Below, piece by piece: positions 28,201-43,200 of a stretch of DNA of 64,000 nucleotides. The DNA comes from Auanema rhodensis (lineage: Eukaryota > Animalia > Nematoda). The stretch lies in NCBI GenBank assembly GCA_964057225.1, contig OZ059900.1:20832001-20896000 (forward strand), given 5' to 3'. The position numbers and the translations under genes were made by a program. The notes beneath the pieces were generated by a model. It was not told where the DNA came from and did not search any database. It saw only the letters and a list, made by a program, of their open reading frames with translations. Every line of letters begins with the position of its first letter. Position 1 is the stretch's first letter.

Positions 28201-31200
28201 ACGCTGAAATTCGTTGCATTTGACGACTCATATGAACAAAAATCGATTTAATCAATATTAGCCATAAGGGGCGTGCCCTCAGAATGTGCTAATTTCCTTA
28301 ATTTTCTAACCCCTGTTTTTTTGTCGTGAAAGTGGAATTAGACGTTGTAGGAACAATTTTGAGCTAGGTTTCATTGACATTGCATGAGTTTGAACACATG
28401 AAATCGTAAGTCAAAACCTTGTTTACAGCGAACTTTCCAAAAACTGGTTTTCCAGCATAATAAAATATTTCTCATGGGAAATACTGTGTTTTTGTATTTT
28501 TATAGTGTTCAGCATGTAAAATGCTTCATTTTAGTATGTAACACCCTGAAATTCGTTTCATTTGACGACTCATATGAACAAAAATCGATTTAATCAATAT
28601 TAGCCATAAGGGGCGTGCCCTCAGAATATGCTAATTTCCTTAATTTTCTAACCCCTGTTTTTTTGTCGTGAAAGTGGAACTAGACGTTGTAGGAACAATT
28701 TTGAGCAAGGTTTCATTGACATTGCATGAGTTTGAACACATGAAATCGTAAGTCAAAACCTTGTTTACAGCGAAATTTCCAAAAACTGGTTTTCCAGCAT
28801 AATAAAATATTTCTCATGGGAAATACTGTGTTTTTGTATTTTTCTAGTGTTCAGCATGTGAAATACTTCATTTTAGTATGTAACACGCTGAAATTCGTTG
28901 CATTTGACGACTCATATGAACAAAAATCGATTTAATCAATATTAGCCATAAGGGGCGTGCCCTCAGAATATGCTAATTTCCTAAATTTTCTAACCCCTGT
29001 TTTTTTGTCGTGAAAGTGGAACTAGACGTTGTACGAACAATTTTGAGCTAGGTTTCATTGACATTGCATGAGTTTGAACACATGAAATCGTAAGTCAAAA
29101 CCTTGTTTACAGCGAAATTTCCAAAAACTGGTTTTCCAGCATAATAAAATATTTCTCATGGGTAAAACTGTGTTTTTGTATTTTTCTAGTGTTCAGCATG
29201 TAAAATGCTTCATTTTAGTATGTAACACGCTGAAATTCGTTGCATTTGACGACTCATATGAACCAAAATCGATTTAATCAATATTAGCCATAAGGGGCGT
29301 GCCCTCAGAATATGCTAATTTCCTAAATTTTCTAACCCCTGTTTTTTTGTCGTGAAAGTGGAACTAGACGTTGTACGAACAATTTTGAGCTAGGTTTCAT
29401 TGACATTGCATGAGTTTGAACACATGAAATCGTAAGTCAAAACCTTGTTTACAGCGAAATTTCCAAAAACTGGTTTTCCAGCATAATAAAATATTTCTCA
29501 TGGGAAATACTGTGTTTTTGTATTTTTCTAGTGTTCAGCATGTGAAATACTTCATTTTAGTATGTAACACGCTGAAATTCGTTGCATTTGACGACTCATA
29601 TGAACAAAAATCGATTTAATCAATATTAGCCATAAGGGGCGTGCCCTCAGAATATGCTAATTTCCTTAATTTTCTAACCCCTCTTTTTTGTCGTGAAAGT
29701 GGAATTAGACGTTGCAGGAACAATTTTGAGCTAGGTTTCATTGACATTGCATGAGTTTGAACACATGAAATCGTAAGTCAAAACCTTGTTTACAGCGAAA
29801 TTTCCAAAAACTGGTTTTCCAGCATAATAAAATATTTCTCATGGGAAATACTGTGTTTTTGTATTTTTATAGTGTTCAGCATGTAAAATGCTTCATTTTA
29901 GTATGTAACACGCTGAAATTCGTTGCATTTGACGACTCATATGAACAAAAATCGATTTAATCAATATTAGCCATAAGGGGCGTGCCCTCAGAATATGCTA
30001 ATTTCCTTAATTTTCTAACCCCTGTTTTTTTGTCGTGAAAGTGGAATTAGACGTTGTAGGAACAATTTTGAGCTAGGTTTCATTGACATTGCATGAGTTT
30101 GAACACATGAAATCGTAAGTCAAAACCTTGTTTACAGCGAAATTTCCAAAAACTGGTTTTCCAGCATAATAAAATATTTCTCATGGGAAATACTGTGTTT
30201 TTGTATTTTTCTAGTGTTCAGCATGTAAAATGCTTCATTTTAGTATGTAACACGCTGAAATTCGTTGCATTTGACGACTCATATGAACAAAAATCGATTT
30301 AATCAATATTAGCCATAAGGGGCGTGCCCTCAGAATATGCTAATTTCCTTAATTTTCTAACCCCTGTTTTTTGTCGTGAAAGTGGAACTAGACGTTGTAG
30401 GAACAATTTTGAGCTAGGTTTCATTGACATTGCATGAGTTTGAACACATGAAATCGTAAGTCAAAACCTTGTTTACAGCGAAATTTCCAAAAACTGGTTT
30501 TCCAGCATAATAAAATATTTCTCATGGGAAATACTGTGTTTTTGTATTTTTCTAGTGTTCAGCATGTAAAACACTTCATTTTAGTATGTAACACGCTGAA
30601 ATTCAATGCATTTGACGAATCATATGAACAAAAATCGATTTAATCAATATAAGCCATAGAGGCGTGCCCTCAGAATATGCTAATTTCCTTAATTTTCTAA
30701 CCCCTGTTTTTTGTCGTGAAAGTGGAACTAGACGTTGTAGGAACAATTTTGAGCTAGGTTTCATTGACATTGCATGAGTTTGAACACATGAAATCGTAAG
30801 TCAAAACCTTGTTTACAGCGAAATTTCCAAAAACTGGTTTTCCAGCATAATAAAATATTTCTCATGGGAAATACTGTGTTTTTGTATTTTTATAGTGTTC
30901 AGCATGTAAAATGCTTCATTTTAGTATGTAACACGCTGAAATTCGTTGCATTTGACGACTCATATGAACAAAAATCGATTTAATCAATATTAGCCATAAG
31001 GGGCGTGCCCTCAGAATATGCTAATTTCCTTAATTTTCTAACCCCTGTTTTTTTGTCGTGAAAGTGGAATTAGACGTTGTAGGAACAATTTTGAGCTAGG
31101 TTTCATTGACATTGCATGAGTTTGAACACATGAAATCGTAAGTCAAAACCTTGTTTACAGCGAAATTTCCAAAAACTGGTTTTCCAGCATAATAAAATAT

Positions 31201-31233
31201 TTCTCATGGGAAATACTGTGTTTTTGTATTTTT
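22204..31233. repeat. Duplication with a 14-monomer period (4780-4781 bp)
   Basis: Insertion CCCATCAG at 22474/27255; divergent tract at 23059/27840 and 25792/30572; GGGTAAAA at 24382/29163; GTTGCAGG at 24935/29715. Confidence 0.92.
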
Positions 31234-33460
31234 ATAGTGTTCAGCATGTAAAATGCTTCATTTTAGTATGTAACACGCTGAAATTCGTTGCATTTGACGA
31301 CTCATATGAACAAAAATCGATTTAATCAATATTAGCCATAAGGGGCGTGCCCTCAGAATATGCTAATTTCCTTAATTTTCTAACCCCTGTTTTTTTGTCG
31401 TGAAAGTGGAATTAGACGTTGTAGGAACAATTTTGAGCTAGGTTTCATTGACATTGCATGAGTTTGAACACATGAAATCGTAAGTCAAAACCTTGTTTAC
31501 AGCGAAATTTCCAAAAACTGGTTTTCCAGCATAATAAAATATTTCTCATGGGAAATACTGTGTTTTTGTATTTTTCTAGTGTTCAGCATGTAAAATTCTT
31601 CATTTTAGTATGTAACACGCTGAAATTCGTTGCATTTGACGACTCATATGAACAAAAATCGATTTAATCAATATTAGCCATAAGGGGCGTGCCCTCAGAA
31701 TATGCTAATTTCCTTAATTTTCTAACCCCTGTTTTTTGTCGTGAAAGTGGAACTAGACGTTGTAGGAACAATTTTGAGCTAGGTTTCATTGACATTGCAT
31801 GAGTTTGAACACATGAAATCGTAAGTCAAAACCTTGTTTACAGCGAAATTTCCAAAAACTGGTTTTCCAGCATAATAAAATATTTCTCATGGGAAATACT
31901 GTGTTTTTGTATTTTTCTAGTGTTCAGCATGTGAAACACTTCATTTTAGTATGTAACACGCTGAAATTCAATGCATTTGACGAATCATATGAACAAAAAT
32001 CGATTTAATCAATATAAGCCATAGAGGCGTGCCCTCAGAATATGCTAATTTCCTTAATTTTCTAACCCCTGTTTTTTGTCGTGAAAGTGGAACTAGACGT
32101 TGTACGAACAATTTTGAGCTAGGTTTCAGTGACATTGCATGAGTTTGAACACATGAAATCGTAAGTCAAAACCTTGTTTACAGCGAAATTTCCAAAAACT
32201 GGTTTTCCAGCATAATAAAATATTTCTCATGGGAAATACTGTGTTTTTGTATTTTTGTAGTGTTCAGCATGTAAAACACTTCATTTTAGTATGTAACACG
32301 CTGAAATTCAATGCATTTGACGAATCATATGAACAAAAATCGATTTAATCAATATAAGCCATAGAGGCGTGCCCTCAGAATATGCTAATTTCCTTAATTT
32401 TCTAACCCCTGTTTTTTGTCGTGAAAGTGGAACTAGACGTTGTAGGAACAATTTTGAGCTAGGTTTCATTGACATTGCATGAGTTTGAACACATGAAATC
32501 GTAAGTCAAAACCTTGTTTACAGCGAAATTTCCAAAAACTGGTTTTCCAGCATAATAAAATATTTCTCATGGGAAATACTGTGTTTTTGTATTTTTATAG
32601 TGTTCAGCATGTAAAATGCTTCATTTTAGTATGTAACACGCTGAAATTCGTTGCATTTGACGACTCATATGAACAAAAATCGATTTAATCAATATTAGCC
32701 ATAAGGGGCGTGCCCTCAGAATATGCTAATTTCCTTAATTTTCTAACCCCTGTTTTTTTGTCGTGAAAGTGGAATTAGACGTTGTAGGAACAATTTTGAG
32801 CTAGGTTTCATTGACATTGCATGAGTTTGAACACATGAAATCGTAAGTCAAAACCTTGTTTACAGCGAAATTTCCAAAAACTGGTTTTCCAGCATAATAA
32901 AATATTTCTCATGGGAAATACTGTGTTTTTGTATTTTTCTAGTGTTCAGCATGTAAAATTCTTCATTTTAGTATGTAACACGCTGAAATTCGTTGCATTT
33001 GACGACTCATATGAACAAAAATCGATTTAATCAATATTAGCCATAAGGGGCGTGCCCTCAGAATATGCTAATTTCCTTAATTTTCTAACCCCTGTTTTTT
33101 GTCGTGAAAGTGGAACTAGACGTTGTAGGAACAATTTTGAGCTAGGTTTCATTGACATTGCATGAGTTTGAACACATGAAATCGTAAGTCAAAACCTTGT
33201 TTACAGCGAAATTTCCAAAAACTGGTTTTCCAGCATAATAAAATATTTCTCATGGGAAATACTGTGTTTTTGTATTTTTCTAGTGTTCAGCATGTGAAAC
33301 ACTTCATTTTAGTATGTAACACGCTGAAATTCAATGCATTTGACGAATCATATGAACAAAAATCGATTTAATCAATATAAGCCATAGAGGCGTGCCCTCA
33401 GAATATGCTAATTTCCTTAATTTTCTAACCCCTGTTTTTTGTCGTGAAAGTGGAACTAGA
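31100..33460. repeat. Duplication with a 4-monomer period (1364 bp)
   Basis: AAAATTCTT at 31596/32960; GTGAAACACT at 31933/33297. Confidence 0.8.
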
Positions 33461-34150
33461 CGTTGTAGGAACAATTTTGAGCTAGGTTTCATTGACATTG
33501 CATGAGTTTGAACACATGAAATCGTAAGTCAAAACCTTGTTTACAGCGAAATTTCCAAAAACTGGTTTTCCAGCATAATAAAATATTTCTCATGGGAAAT
33601 ACTGTGTTTTTGTATTTTTCTAGTGTTCAGCATGTAAAATACTTCATTTTAGTATGTAACACGCTGAAATTCGTTGCATTTGACGACTCATATGAACAAA
33701 AATCGATTTAATCAATATTAGCCATAAGGGGCGTGCCCTCAGAATGTGCTAATTTCCTTAATTTTCTAACCCCTGTTTTTTTGTCGTGAAAGTGGAATTA
33801 GACGTTGTAAGAACAATTTTGAGCTAGGTTTCATTGACATTGCATGAGTTTGAACACATGAAATCGTAAGTCAAAACCTTGTTTACAGCGAACTTTCCAA
33901 AAACTGGTTTTCCAGCATAATAAAATATTTCTCATGGGAAATACTGTGTTTTTGTATTTTTATAGTGTTCAGCATGTAAAATGCTTCATTTTAGTATGTA
34001 ACACCCTGAAATTCGTTTCATTTGACGACTCATATGAACAAAAATCGATTTAATCAATATTAGCCATAAGGGGCGTGCCCTCAGAATATGCTAATTTCCT
34101 TAATTTTCTAACCCCTGTTTTTTTGTCGTGAAAGTGGAACTAGACGTTGT

Positions 34151-37100
34151 AGGAACAATTTTGAGCAAGGTTTCATTGACATTGCATGAGTTTGAACACA
34201 TGAAATCGTAAGTCAAAACCTTGTTTACAGCGAAATTTCCAAAAACTGGTTTTCCAGCATAATAAAATATTTCTCATGGGAAATACTGTGTTTTTGTATT
34301 TTTCTAGTGTTCAGCATGTGAAATACTTCATTTTAGTATGTAACACGCTGAAATTCGTTGCATTTGACGACTCATATGAACAAAAATCGATTTAATCAAT
34401 ATTAGCCATAAGGGGCGTGCCCTCAGAATATGCTAATTTCCTAAATTTTCTAACCCCTGTTTTTTTGTCGTGAAAGTGGAACTAGACGTTGTACGAACAA
34501 TTTTGAGCTAGGTTTCATTGACATTGCATGAGTTTGAACACATGAAATCGTAAGTCAAAACCTTGTTTACAGCGAAATTTCCAAAAACTGGTTTTCCAGC
34601 ATAATAAAATATTTCTCATGGGTAAAACTGTGTTTTTGTATTTTTCTAGTGTTCAGCATGTAAAATGCTTCATTTTAGTATGTAACACGCTGAAATTCGT
34701 TGCATTTGACGACTCATATGAACCAAAATCGATTTAATCAATATTAGCCATAAGGGGCGTGCCCTCAGAATATGCTAATTTCCTAAATTTTCTAACCCCT
34801 GTTTTTTTGTCGTGAAAGTGGAACTAGACATTGTACGAACAATTTTGAGCTAGGTTTCATTGACATTGCATGAGTTTGAACACATGAAATCGTAAGTCAA
34901 AACCTTGTTTACAGCGAAATTTCCAAAAACTGGTTTTCCAGCATAATAAAATATTTCTCATGGGAAAAACTGTGTTTTTGTATTTTTCTAGTGTTCAGCT
35001 TGTAAAATGCTTCATTTTAGTATGTAACACGCTGAAATTTGTTGCATTTGACGACTCATATGAACAAAAATCGATTTAATCAATATTAGCCATAAGGGGC
35101 GTGCCCTCAGAATATGCTAATTTCCTTAATTTTCTAACCCCTGTTTTTTTGTCGTGAAAGTGGAACTAGACGTTGTACGAACAATTTTGAGCTAGGTTTC
35201 ATTGACATTGCATGAGTTTGAACACATGAAATCGTAAGTCAAAACCTTGTTTACAGCGAACTTTCCAAAAACTGGTTTTCCAGCATAATAAAATATTTCT
35301 CATGGGAAATACTGTGTTTTTGTATTTTTATAGTGTTCAGCATGTAAAATGCTTCATTTTAGTATGTAACACCCTGAAATTCGTTTCATTTGACGACTCA
35401 TATGAACAAAAATCGATTTAATCAATATTAGCCATAAGGGGCGTGCCCTCAGAATATGCTAATTTCCTTAATTTTCTAACCCCTGTTTTTTTGTCGTGAA
35501 AGTGGAACTAGACGTTGTAGGAACAATTTTGAGCAAGGTTTCATTGACATTGCATGAGTTTGAACACATGAAATCGTAAGTCAAAACCTTGTTTACAGCG
35601 AAATTTCCAAAAACTGGTTTTCCAGCATAATAAAATATTTCTCATGGGAAATACTGTGTTTTTGTATTTTTCTAGTGTTCAGCATGTGAAATACTTCATT
35701 TTAGTATGTAACACGCTGAAATTCGTTGCATTTGACGACTCATATGAACAAAAATCGATTTAATCAATATTAGCCATAAGGGGCGTGCCCTCAGAATATG
35801 CTAATTTCCTTAATTTTCTAACCCCTGTTTTTTTGTCGTGAAAGTGGAACTAGACGTTGTAGGAACAATTTTGAGCAAGGTTTCATTGACATTGCATGAG
35901 TTTGAACACATGAAATCGTAAGTCAAAACCTTGTTTACAGCGAAATTTCCAAAAACTGGTTTTCCAGCATAATAAAATATTTCTCATGGGAAATACTGTG
36001 TTTTTGTATTTTTCTAGTGTTCAGCATGTGAAATACTTCATTTTAGTATGTAACACGCTGAAATTCGTTGCATTTGACGACTCATATGAACAAAAATCGA
36101 TTTAATCAATATTAGCCATAAGGGGCGTGCCCTCAGAATATGCTAATTTCCTAAATTTTCTAACCCCTGTTTTTTTGTCGTGAAAGTGGAACTAGACGTT
36201 GTACGAACAATTTTGAGCTAGGTTTCATTGACATTGCATGAGTTTGAACACATGAAATCGTAAGTCAAAACCTTGTTTACAGCGAAATTTCCAAAAACTG
36301 GTTTTCCAGCATAATAAAATATTTCTCATGGGTAAAACTGTGTTTTTGTATTTTTCTAGTGTTCAGCATGTAAAATGCTTCATTTTAGTATGTAACACGC
36401 TGAAATTCGTTGCATTTGACGACTCATATGAACCAAAATCGATTTAATCAATATTAGCCATAAGGGGCGTGCCCTCAGAATATGCTAATTTCCTAAATTT
36501 TCTAACCCCTGTTTTTTTGTCGTGAAAGTGGAACTAGACATTGTACGAACAATTTTGAGCTAGGTTTCATTGACATTGCATGAGTTTGAACACATGAAAT
36601 CGTAAGTCAAAACCTTGTTTACAGCGAAATTTCCAAAAACTGGTTTTCCAGCATAATAAAATATTTCTCATGGGAAAAACTGTGTTTTTGTATTTTTCTA
36701 GTGTTCAGCTTGTAAAATGCTTCATTTTAGTATGTAACACGCTGAAATTTGTTGCATTTGACGACTCATATGAACAAAAATCGATTTAATCAATATTAGC
36801 CATAAGGGGCGTGCCCTCAGAATATGCTAATTTCCTTAATTTTCTAACCCCTGTTTTTTTGTCGTGAAAGTGGAACTAGACGTTGTACGAACAATTTTGA
36901 GCTAGGTTTCATTGACATTGCATGAGTTTGAACACATGAAATCGTAAGTCAAAACCTTGTTTACAGCGAACTTTCCAAAAACTGGTTTTCCAGCATAATA
37001 AAATATTTCTCATGGGAAATACTGTGTTTTTGTATTTTTATAGTGTTCAGCATGTAAAATGCTTCATTTTAGTATGTAACACCCTGAAATTCGTTTCATT

Positions 37101-37229
37101 TGACGACTCATATGAACAAAAATCGATTTAATCAATATTAGCCATAAGGGGCGTGCCCTCAGAATATGCTAATTTCCTTAATTTTCTAACCCCTGTTTTT
37201 TTGTCGTGAAAGTGGAACTAGACGTTGTA
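34151..37229. repeat. Duplication with a 5-monomer period (1710 bp)
   Basis: GGGTAAAA at 34623/36333; TAGACATTG at 34830/36540; CAGCTTG at 35000/36710. Confidence 0.88.
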
Positions 37230-40200
37230 CGAACAATTTTGAGCTAGGTTTCATTGACATTGCATGAGTTTGAACACATGAAATCGTAAGTCAAAACCTT
37301 GTTTACAGCGAAATTTCCAAAAACTGGTTTTCCAGCATAATAAAATATTTCTCATGGGTAAAACTGTGTTTTTGTATTTTTCTAGTGTTCAGCATGTAAA
37401 ATGCTTCATTTTAGTATGTAACACGCTGAAATTCGTTGCATTTGACGACTCATATGAACCAAAATCGATTTAATCAATATTAGCCATAAGGGGCGTGCCC
37501 TCAGAATATGCTAATTTCCTAAATTTTCTAACCCCTGTTTTTTTGTCGTGAAAGTGGAACTAGACATTGTACGAACAATTTTGAGCTAGGTTTCATTGAC
37601 ATTGCATGAGTTTGAACACATGAAATCGTAAGTCAAAACCTTGTTTACAGCGAAATTTCCAAAAACTGGTTTTCCAGCATAATAAAATATTTCTCATGGG
37701 AAAAACTGTGTTTTTGTATTTTTCTAGTGTTCAGCTTGTAAAATGCTTCATTTTAGTATGTAACACGCTGAAATTTGTTGCATTTGACGACTCATATGAA
37801 CAAAAATCGATTTAATCAATATTAGCCATAAGGGGCGTGCCCTCAGAATATGCTAATTTCCTTAATTTTCTAACCCCTGTTTTTTTGTCGTGAAAGTGGA
37901 ACTAGACGTTGTACGAACAATTTTGAGCTAGGTTTCATTGACATTGCATGAGTTTGAACACATGAAATCGTAAGTCAAAACCTTGTTTACAGCGAAATTT
38001 CCAAAAACTGGTTTTCCAGCATAATAAAATATTTCTCATGGGAAATACTGTGTTTTTGTATTTTTCTAGTGTTCAGCATGTAAAATGCTCCATTTTAGTA
38101 TGTAACACGCTGAAATTCGTTGCATTTGACGACTCATATGAACAAAAATCGATTTAATCAATATTAGCCATAAGGGGCGTGCCCTCAGAATATGCTAATT
38201 TCCTTAATTTTCTAACCCCTGTTTTTTTGTCGTGAAAGTGGAATTAGACGTTGTAGGAACAATTTTGAGCTAGGTTTCATTGACATTGCATGAGTTTGAA
38301 CACATGAAATCGTAAGTCAAAACCTTGTTTACAGCGAAATTTCCAAAAACTGGTTTTCCAGCATAATAAAATATTTCTCATGGGAAATACTGTGTTTTTG
38401 TATTTTTATAGTGTTCAGCATGTAAAATGCTTCATTTTAGTATGTAACACGCTGAAATTCGTTGCATTTGACGACTCATATGAACAAAAATCGATTTAAT
38501 CAATATTAGCCATAAGGGGCGTGCCCTCAGAATATGCTAATTTCCTTAATTTTCTAACCCCTGTTTTTTTGTCGTGAAAGTGGAATTAGACGTTGTAGGA
38601 ACAATTTTGAGCTAGGTTTCATTGACATTGCATGAGTTTGAACACATGAAATCGTAAGTCAAAACCTTGTTTACAGCGAAATTTCCAAAAACTGGTTTTC
38701 CAGCATAATAAAATATTTCTCATGGGAAATACTGTGTTTTTGTATTTTTCTAGTGTTCAGCATGTAAAATGCTTCATTTTAGTATGTAACACGCTGAAAT
38801 TCGTTGCATTTGACGACTCATATGAACAAAAATCGATTTAATCAATATTAGCCATAAGGGGCGTGCCCTCAGAATATGCTAATTTCCTTAATTTTCTAAC
38901 CCCTGTTTTTTGTCGTGAAAGTGGAACTAGACGTTGTAGGAACAATTTTGAGCTAGGTTTCATTGACATTGCATGAGTTCGAACACATGAAATCGTAAGT
39001 CAAAACCTTGTTTACAGCGAAATTTCCAAAAACTGGTTTTCCAGCATAATAAAATATTTCTCATGGGAAATACTGTGTTTTTGTATTTTTCTAGTGTTCA
39101 GCATGTAAAATACTCCATTTTAGTATGTAACACGCTGAAATTCGTTGCATTTGACGACTCATATGAACAAAAATCGATTTAATCAATATAAGCCATAAGG
39201 GGCGTGCCCTCAGAATATGCTAATTTCCTTAATTTTCTAACCCCTGTTTTTTGTCGTGAAAGTGGAACTAGACGTTGTAGGAACAATTTTGAGCTAGGTT
39301 TCATTGACATTGCATGAGTTTGAACACATGAAATCGTAAGTCAAAACCTTGTTTACAGCGAACTTTCCAAAAACTGGTTTTCCAGCATAATAAAATATTT
39401 CTCATGGGAAATACTAAGTTTTTGTATTTTTATAGTGTTCAGCATGTAAAATGCTTCATTTTAGTATGTAACACCCTGAAATTCGTTTCATTTGACGACT
39501 CATATGAACAAAAATCGATTTAATCAATATTAGCCATAAGGGGCGTGCCCTCAGAATATGCTAATTTCCTTAATTTTCTAACCCCTGTTTTTTTGTCGTG
39601 AAAGTGGAACTAGACGTTGTAGGAACAATTTTGAGCAAGGTTTCATTGACATTGCATGAGTTTGAACACATGAAATCGTAAGTCAAAACCTTGTTTACAG
39701 CGAACTTTCCAAAAACTGGTTTTCCAGCATAATAAAATATTTCTCATGGGAAATACTGTGTTTTTGTATTTTTATAGTGTTCAGCATTTAAATGCTTCAT
39801 TTTAGTATGTAACACCCTGAAATTCGTTTCATTTGACGACTCATATGAACAAAAATCGATTTAATCAATATTAGCCATAAGGGGCGTGCCCTCAGAATAT
39901 GCTAATTTCCTTAATTTTCTAACCCCTGTTTTTTTGTCGTGAAAGTGGAACTAGACGTTGTAGGAACAATTTTGAGCAAGGTTTCATTGACATTGCATGA
40001 GTTTGAACACATGAAATCGTAAGTCAAAACCTTGTTTACAGCGAAATTTCCAAAAACTGGTTTTCCAGCATAATAAAATATTTCTCATGGGAAATACTGT
40101 GTTTTTGTATTTTTCTAGTGTTCAGCATGTAAAATGCTTCATTTAAGTATGTAACACGCTGAAATTCGTTGCATTTGACTACTCATATGAACAAAAATCG

Positions 40201-43200
40201 ATTTAATCAATATTAGCCATAAGGGGCGTGCCCTCAGAATATGCTAATTTCCTTAATTTTCTAACCCCTGTTTTTTTGTCGTGAAAGTGGAACTAGACGT
40301 TGTACGAACAATTTTGAGCTAGGTTTCATTGACATTGCATGAGTTTGAACACATGAAATCGTAAGTCAAAATCTTGTTTACAGCGAAATTTCCAAAAACT
40401 GGTTTTCCAGCATAATAAAATATTTCTCATGGGAAAAACTGTGTTTTTGTATTTTTATAGTGTTCAGCATGTAAAATGCTTCATTTTAGTATGTAACACC
40501 CTGAAATTCGTTTCATTTGACGACTCATATGAACAAAAATCGATTTAATCAATATTAGCCATAAGGGGCGTGCCCTCAGAATATGCTAATTTCCTTAATT
40601 TTCTAACCCCTGTTTTTTTGTCGTGAAAGTGGAACTAGACGTTGTAGGAACAATTTTGAGCAAGGTTTCATTGACATTGCATGAGTTTGAACACATGAAA
40701 TCGTAAGTCAAAACCTTGTTTACAGCGAACTTTCCAAAAACTGGTTTTCCAGCATAATAAAATATTTCTCATGGGAAATACTGTGTTTTTGTATTTTTAT
40801 AGTGTTCAGCATGTAAAATGCTTCATTTTAGTATGTAACACCCTGAAATTCGTTTCATTTGACGACTCATATGAACAAAAATCGATTTAATCAATATTAG
40901 CCATAAGGGGCGTGCCCTCAGAATATGCTAATTTCCTTAATTTTCTAACCCCTGTTTTTTTGTCGTGAAAGTGGAACTAGACGTTGTAGGAACAATTTTG
41001 AGCAAGGTTTCATTGACATTGCATGAGTTTGAACACATGAAATCGTAAGTCAAAACCTTGTTTACAGCGAAATTTCCAAAAACTGGTTTTCCAGCATAAT
41101 AAAATATTTCTCATGGGAAATACTGTGTTTTTGTATTTTTCTAGTGTTCAGCATGTGAAATACTTCATTTTAGTATGTAACACGCTGAAATTCGTTGCAT
41201 TTGACGACTCATATGAACAAAAATCGATTTAATCAATATTAGCCATAAGGGGCGTGCCCTCAGAATATGCTAATTTCCTAAATTTTCTAACCCCTGTTTT
41301 TTTGTCGTGAAAGTGGAACTAGACGTTGTACGAACAATTTTGAGCTAGGTTTCATTGACATTGCATGAGTTTGAACACATGAAATCGTAAGTCAAAACCT
41401 TGTTTACAGCGAAATTTCCAAAAACTGGTTTTCCAGCATAATAAAATATTTCTCATGGGTAAAACTGTGTTTTTGTATTTTTCTAGTGTTCAGCATGTAA
41501 AATGCTTCATTTTAGTATGTAACACGCTGAAATTCGTTGCATTTGACGACTCATATGAACCAAAATCGATTTAATCAATATTAGCCATAAGGGGCGTGCC
41601 CTCAGAATATGCTAATTTCCTAAATTTTCTAACCCCTGTTTTTTTGTCGTGAAAGTGGAACTAGACATTGTACGAACAATTTTGAGCTAGGTTTCATTGA
41701 CATTGCATGAGTTTGAACACATGAAATCGTAAGTCAAAACCTTGTTTACAGCGAAATTTCCAAAAACTGGTTTTCCAGCATAATAAAATATTTCTCATGG
41801 GAAAAACTGTGTTTTTGTATTTTTCTAGTGTTCAGCTTGTAAAATGCTTCATTTTAGTATGTAACACGCTGAAATTTGTTGCATTTGACGACTCATATGA
41901 ACAAAAATCGATTTAATCAATATTAGCCATAAGGGGCGTGCCCTCAGAATATGCTAATTTCCTTAATTTTCTAACCCCTGTTTTTTTGTCGTGAAAGTGG
42001 AACTAGACGTTGTACGAACAATTTTGAGCTAGGTTTCATTGACATTGCATGAGTTTGAACACATGAAATCGTAAGTCAAAACCTTGTTTACAGCGAAATT
42101 TCCAAAAACTGGTTTTCCAGCATAATAAAATATTTCTCATGGGAAATACTGTGTTTTTGTATTTTTCTAGTGTTCAGCATGTAAAATGCTCCATTTTAGT
42201 ATGTAACACGCTGAAATTCGTTGCATTTGACGACTCATATGAACAAAAATCGATTTAATCAATATTAGCCATAAGGGGCGTGCCCTCAGAATATGCTAAT
42301 TTCCTTAATTTTCTAACCCCTGTTTTTTTGTCGTGAAAGTGGAATTAGACGTTGTAGGAACAATTTTGAGCTAGGTTTCATTGACATTGCATGAGTTTGA
42401 ACACATGAAATCGTAAGTCAAAACCTTGTTTACAGCGAAATTTCCAAAAACTGGTTTTCCAGCATAATAAAATATTTCTCATGGGAAATACTGTGTTTTT
42501 GTATTTTTATAGTGTTCAGCATGTAAAATGCTTCATTTTAGTATGTAACACGCTGAAATTCGTTGCATTTGACGACTCATATGAACAAAAATCGATTTAA
42601 TCAATATTAGCCATAAGGGGCGTGCCCTCAGAATATGCTAATTTCCTTAATTTTCTAACCCCTGTTTTTTTGTCGTGAAAGTGGAATTAGACGTTGTAGG
42701 AACAATTTTGAGCTAGGTTTCATTGACATTGCATGAGTTTGAACACATGAAATCGTAAGTCAAAACCTTGTTTACAGCGAAATTTCCAAAAACTGGTTTT
42801 CCAGCATAATAAAATATTTCTCATGGGAAATACTGTGTTTTTGTATTTTTCTAGTGTTCAGCATGTAAAATGCTTCATTTTAGTATGTAACACGCTGAAA
42901 TTCGTTGCATTTGACGACTCATATGAACAAAAATCGATTTAATCAATATTAGCCATAAGGGGCGTGCCCTCAGAATATGCTAATTTCCTTAATTTTCTAA
43001 CCCCTGTTTTTTGTCGTGAAAGTGGAACTAGACGTTGTAGGAACAATTTTGAGCTAGGTTTCATTGACATTGCATGAGTTCGAACACATGAAATCGTAAG
43101 TCAAAACCTTGTTTACAGCGAAATTTCCAAAAACTGGTTTTCCAGCATAATAAAATATTTCTCATGGGAAATACTGTGTTTTTGTATTTTTCTAGTGTTC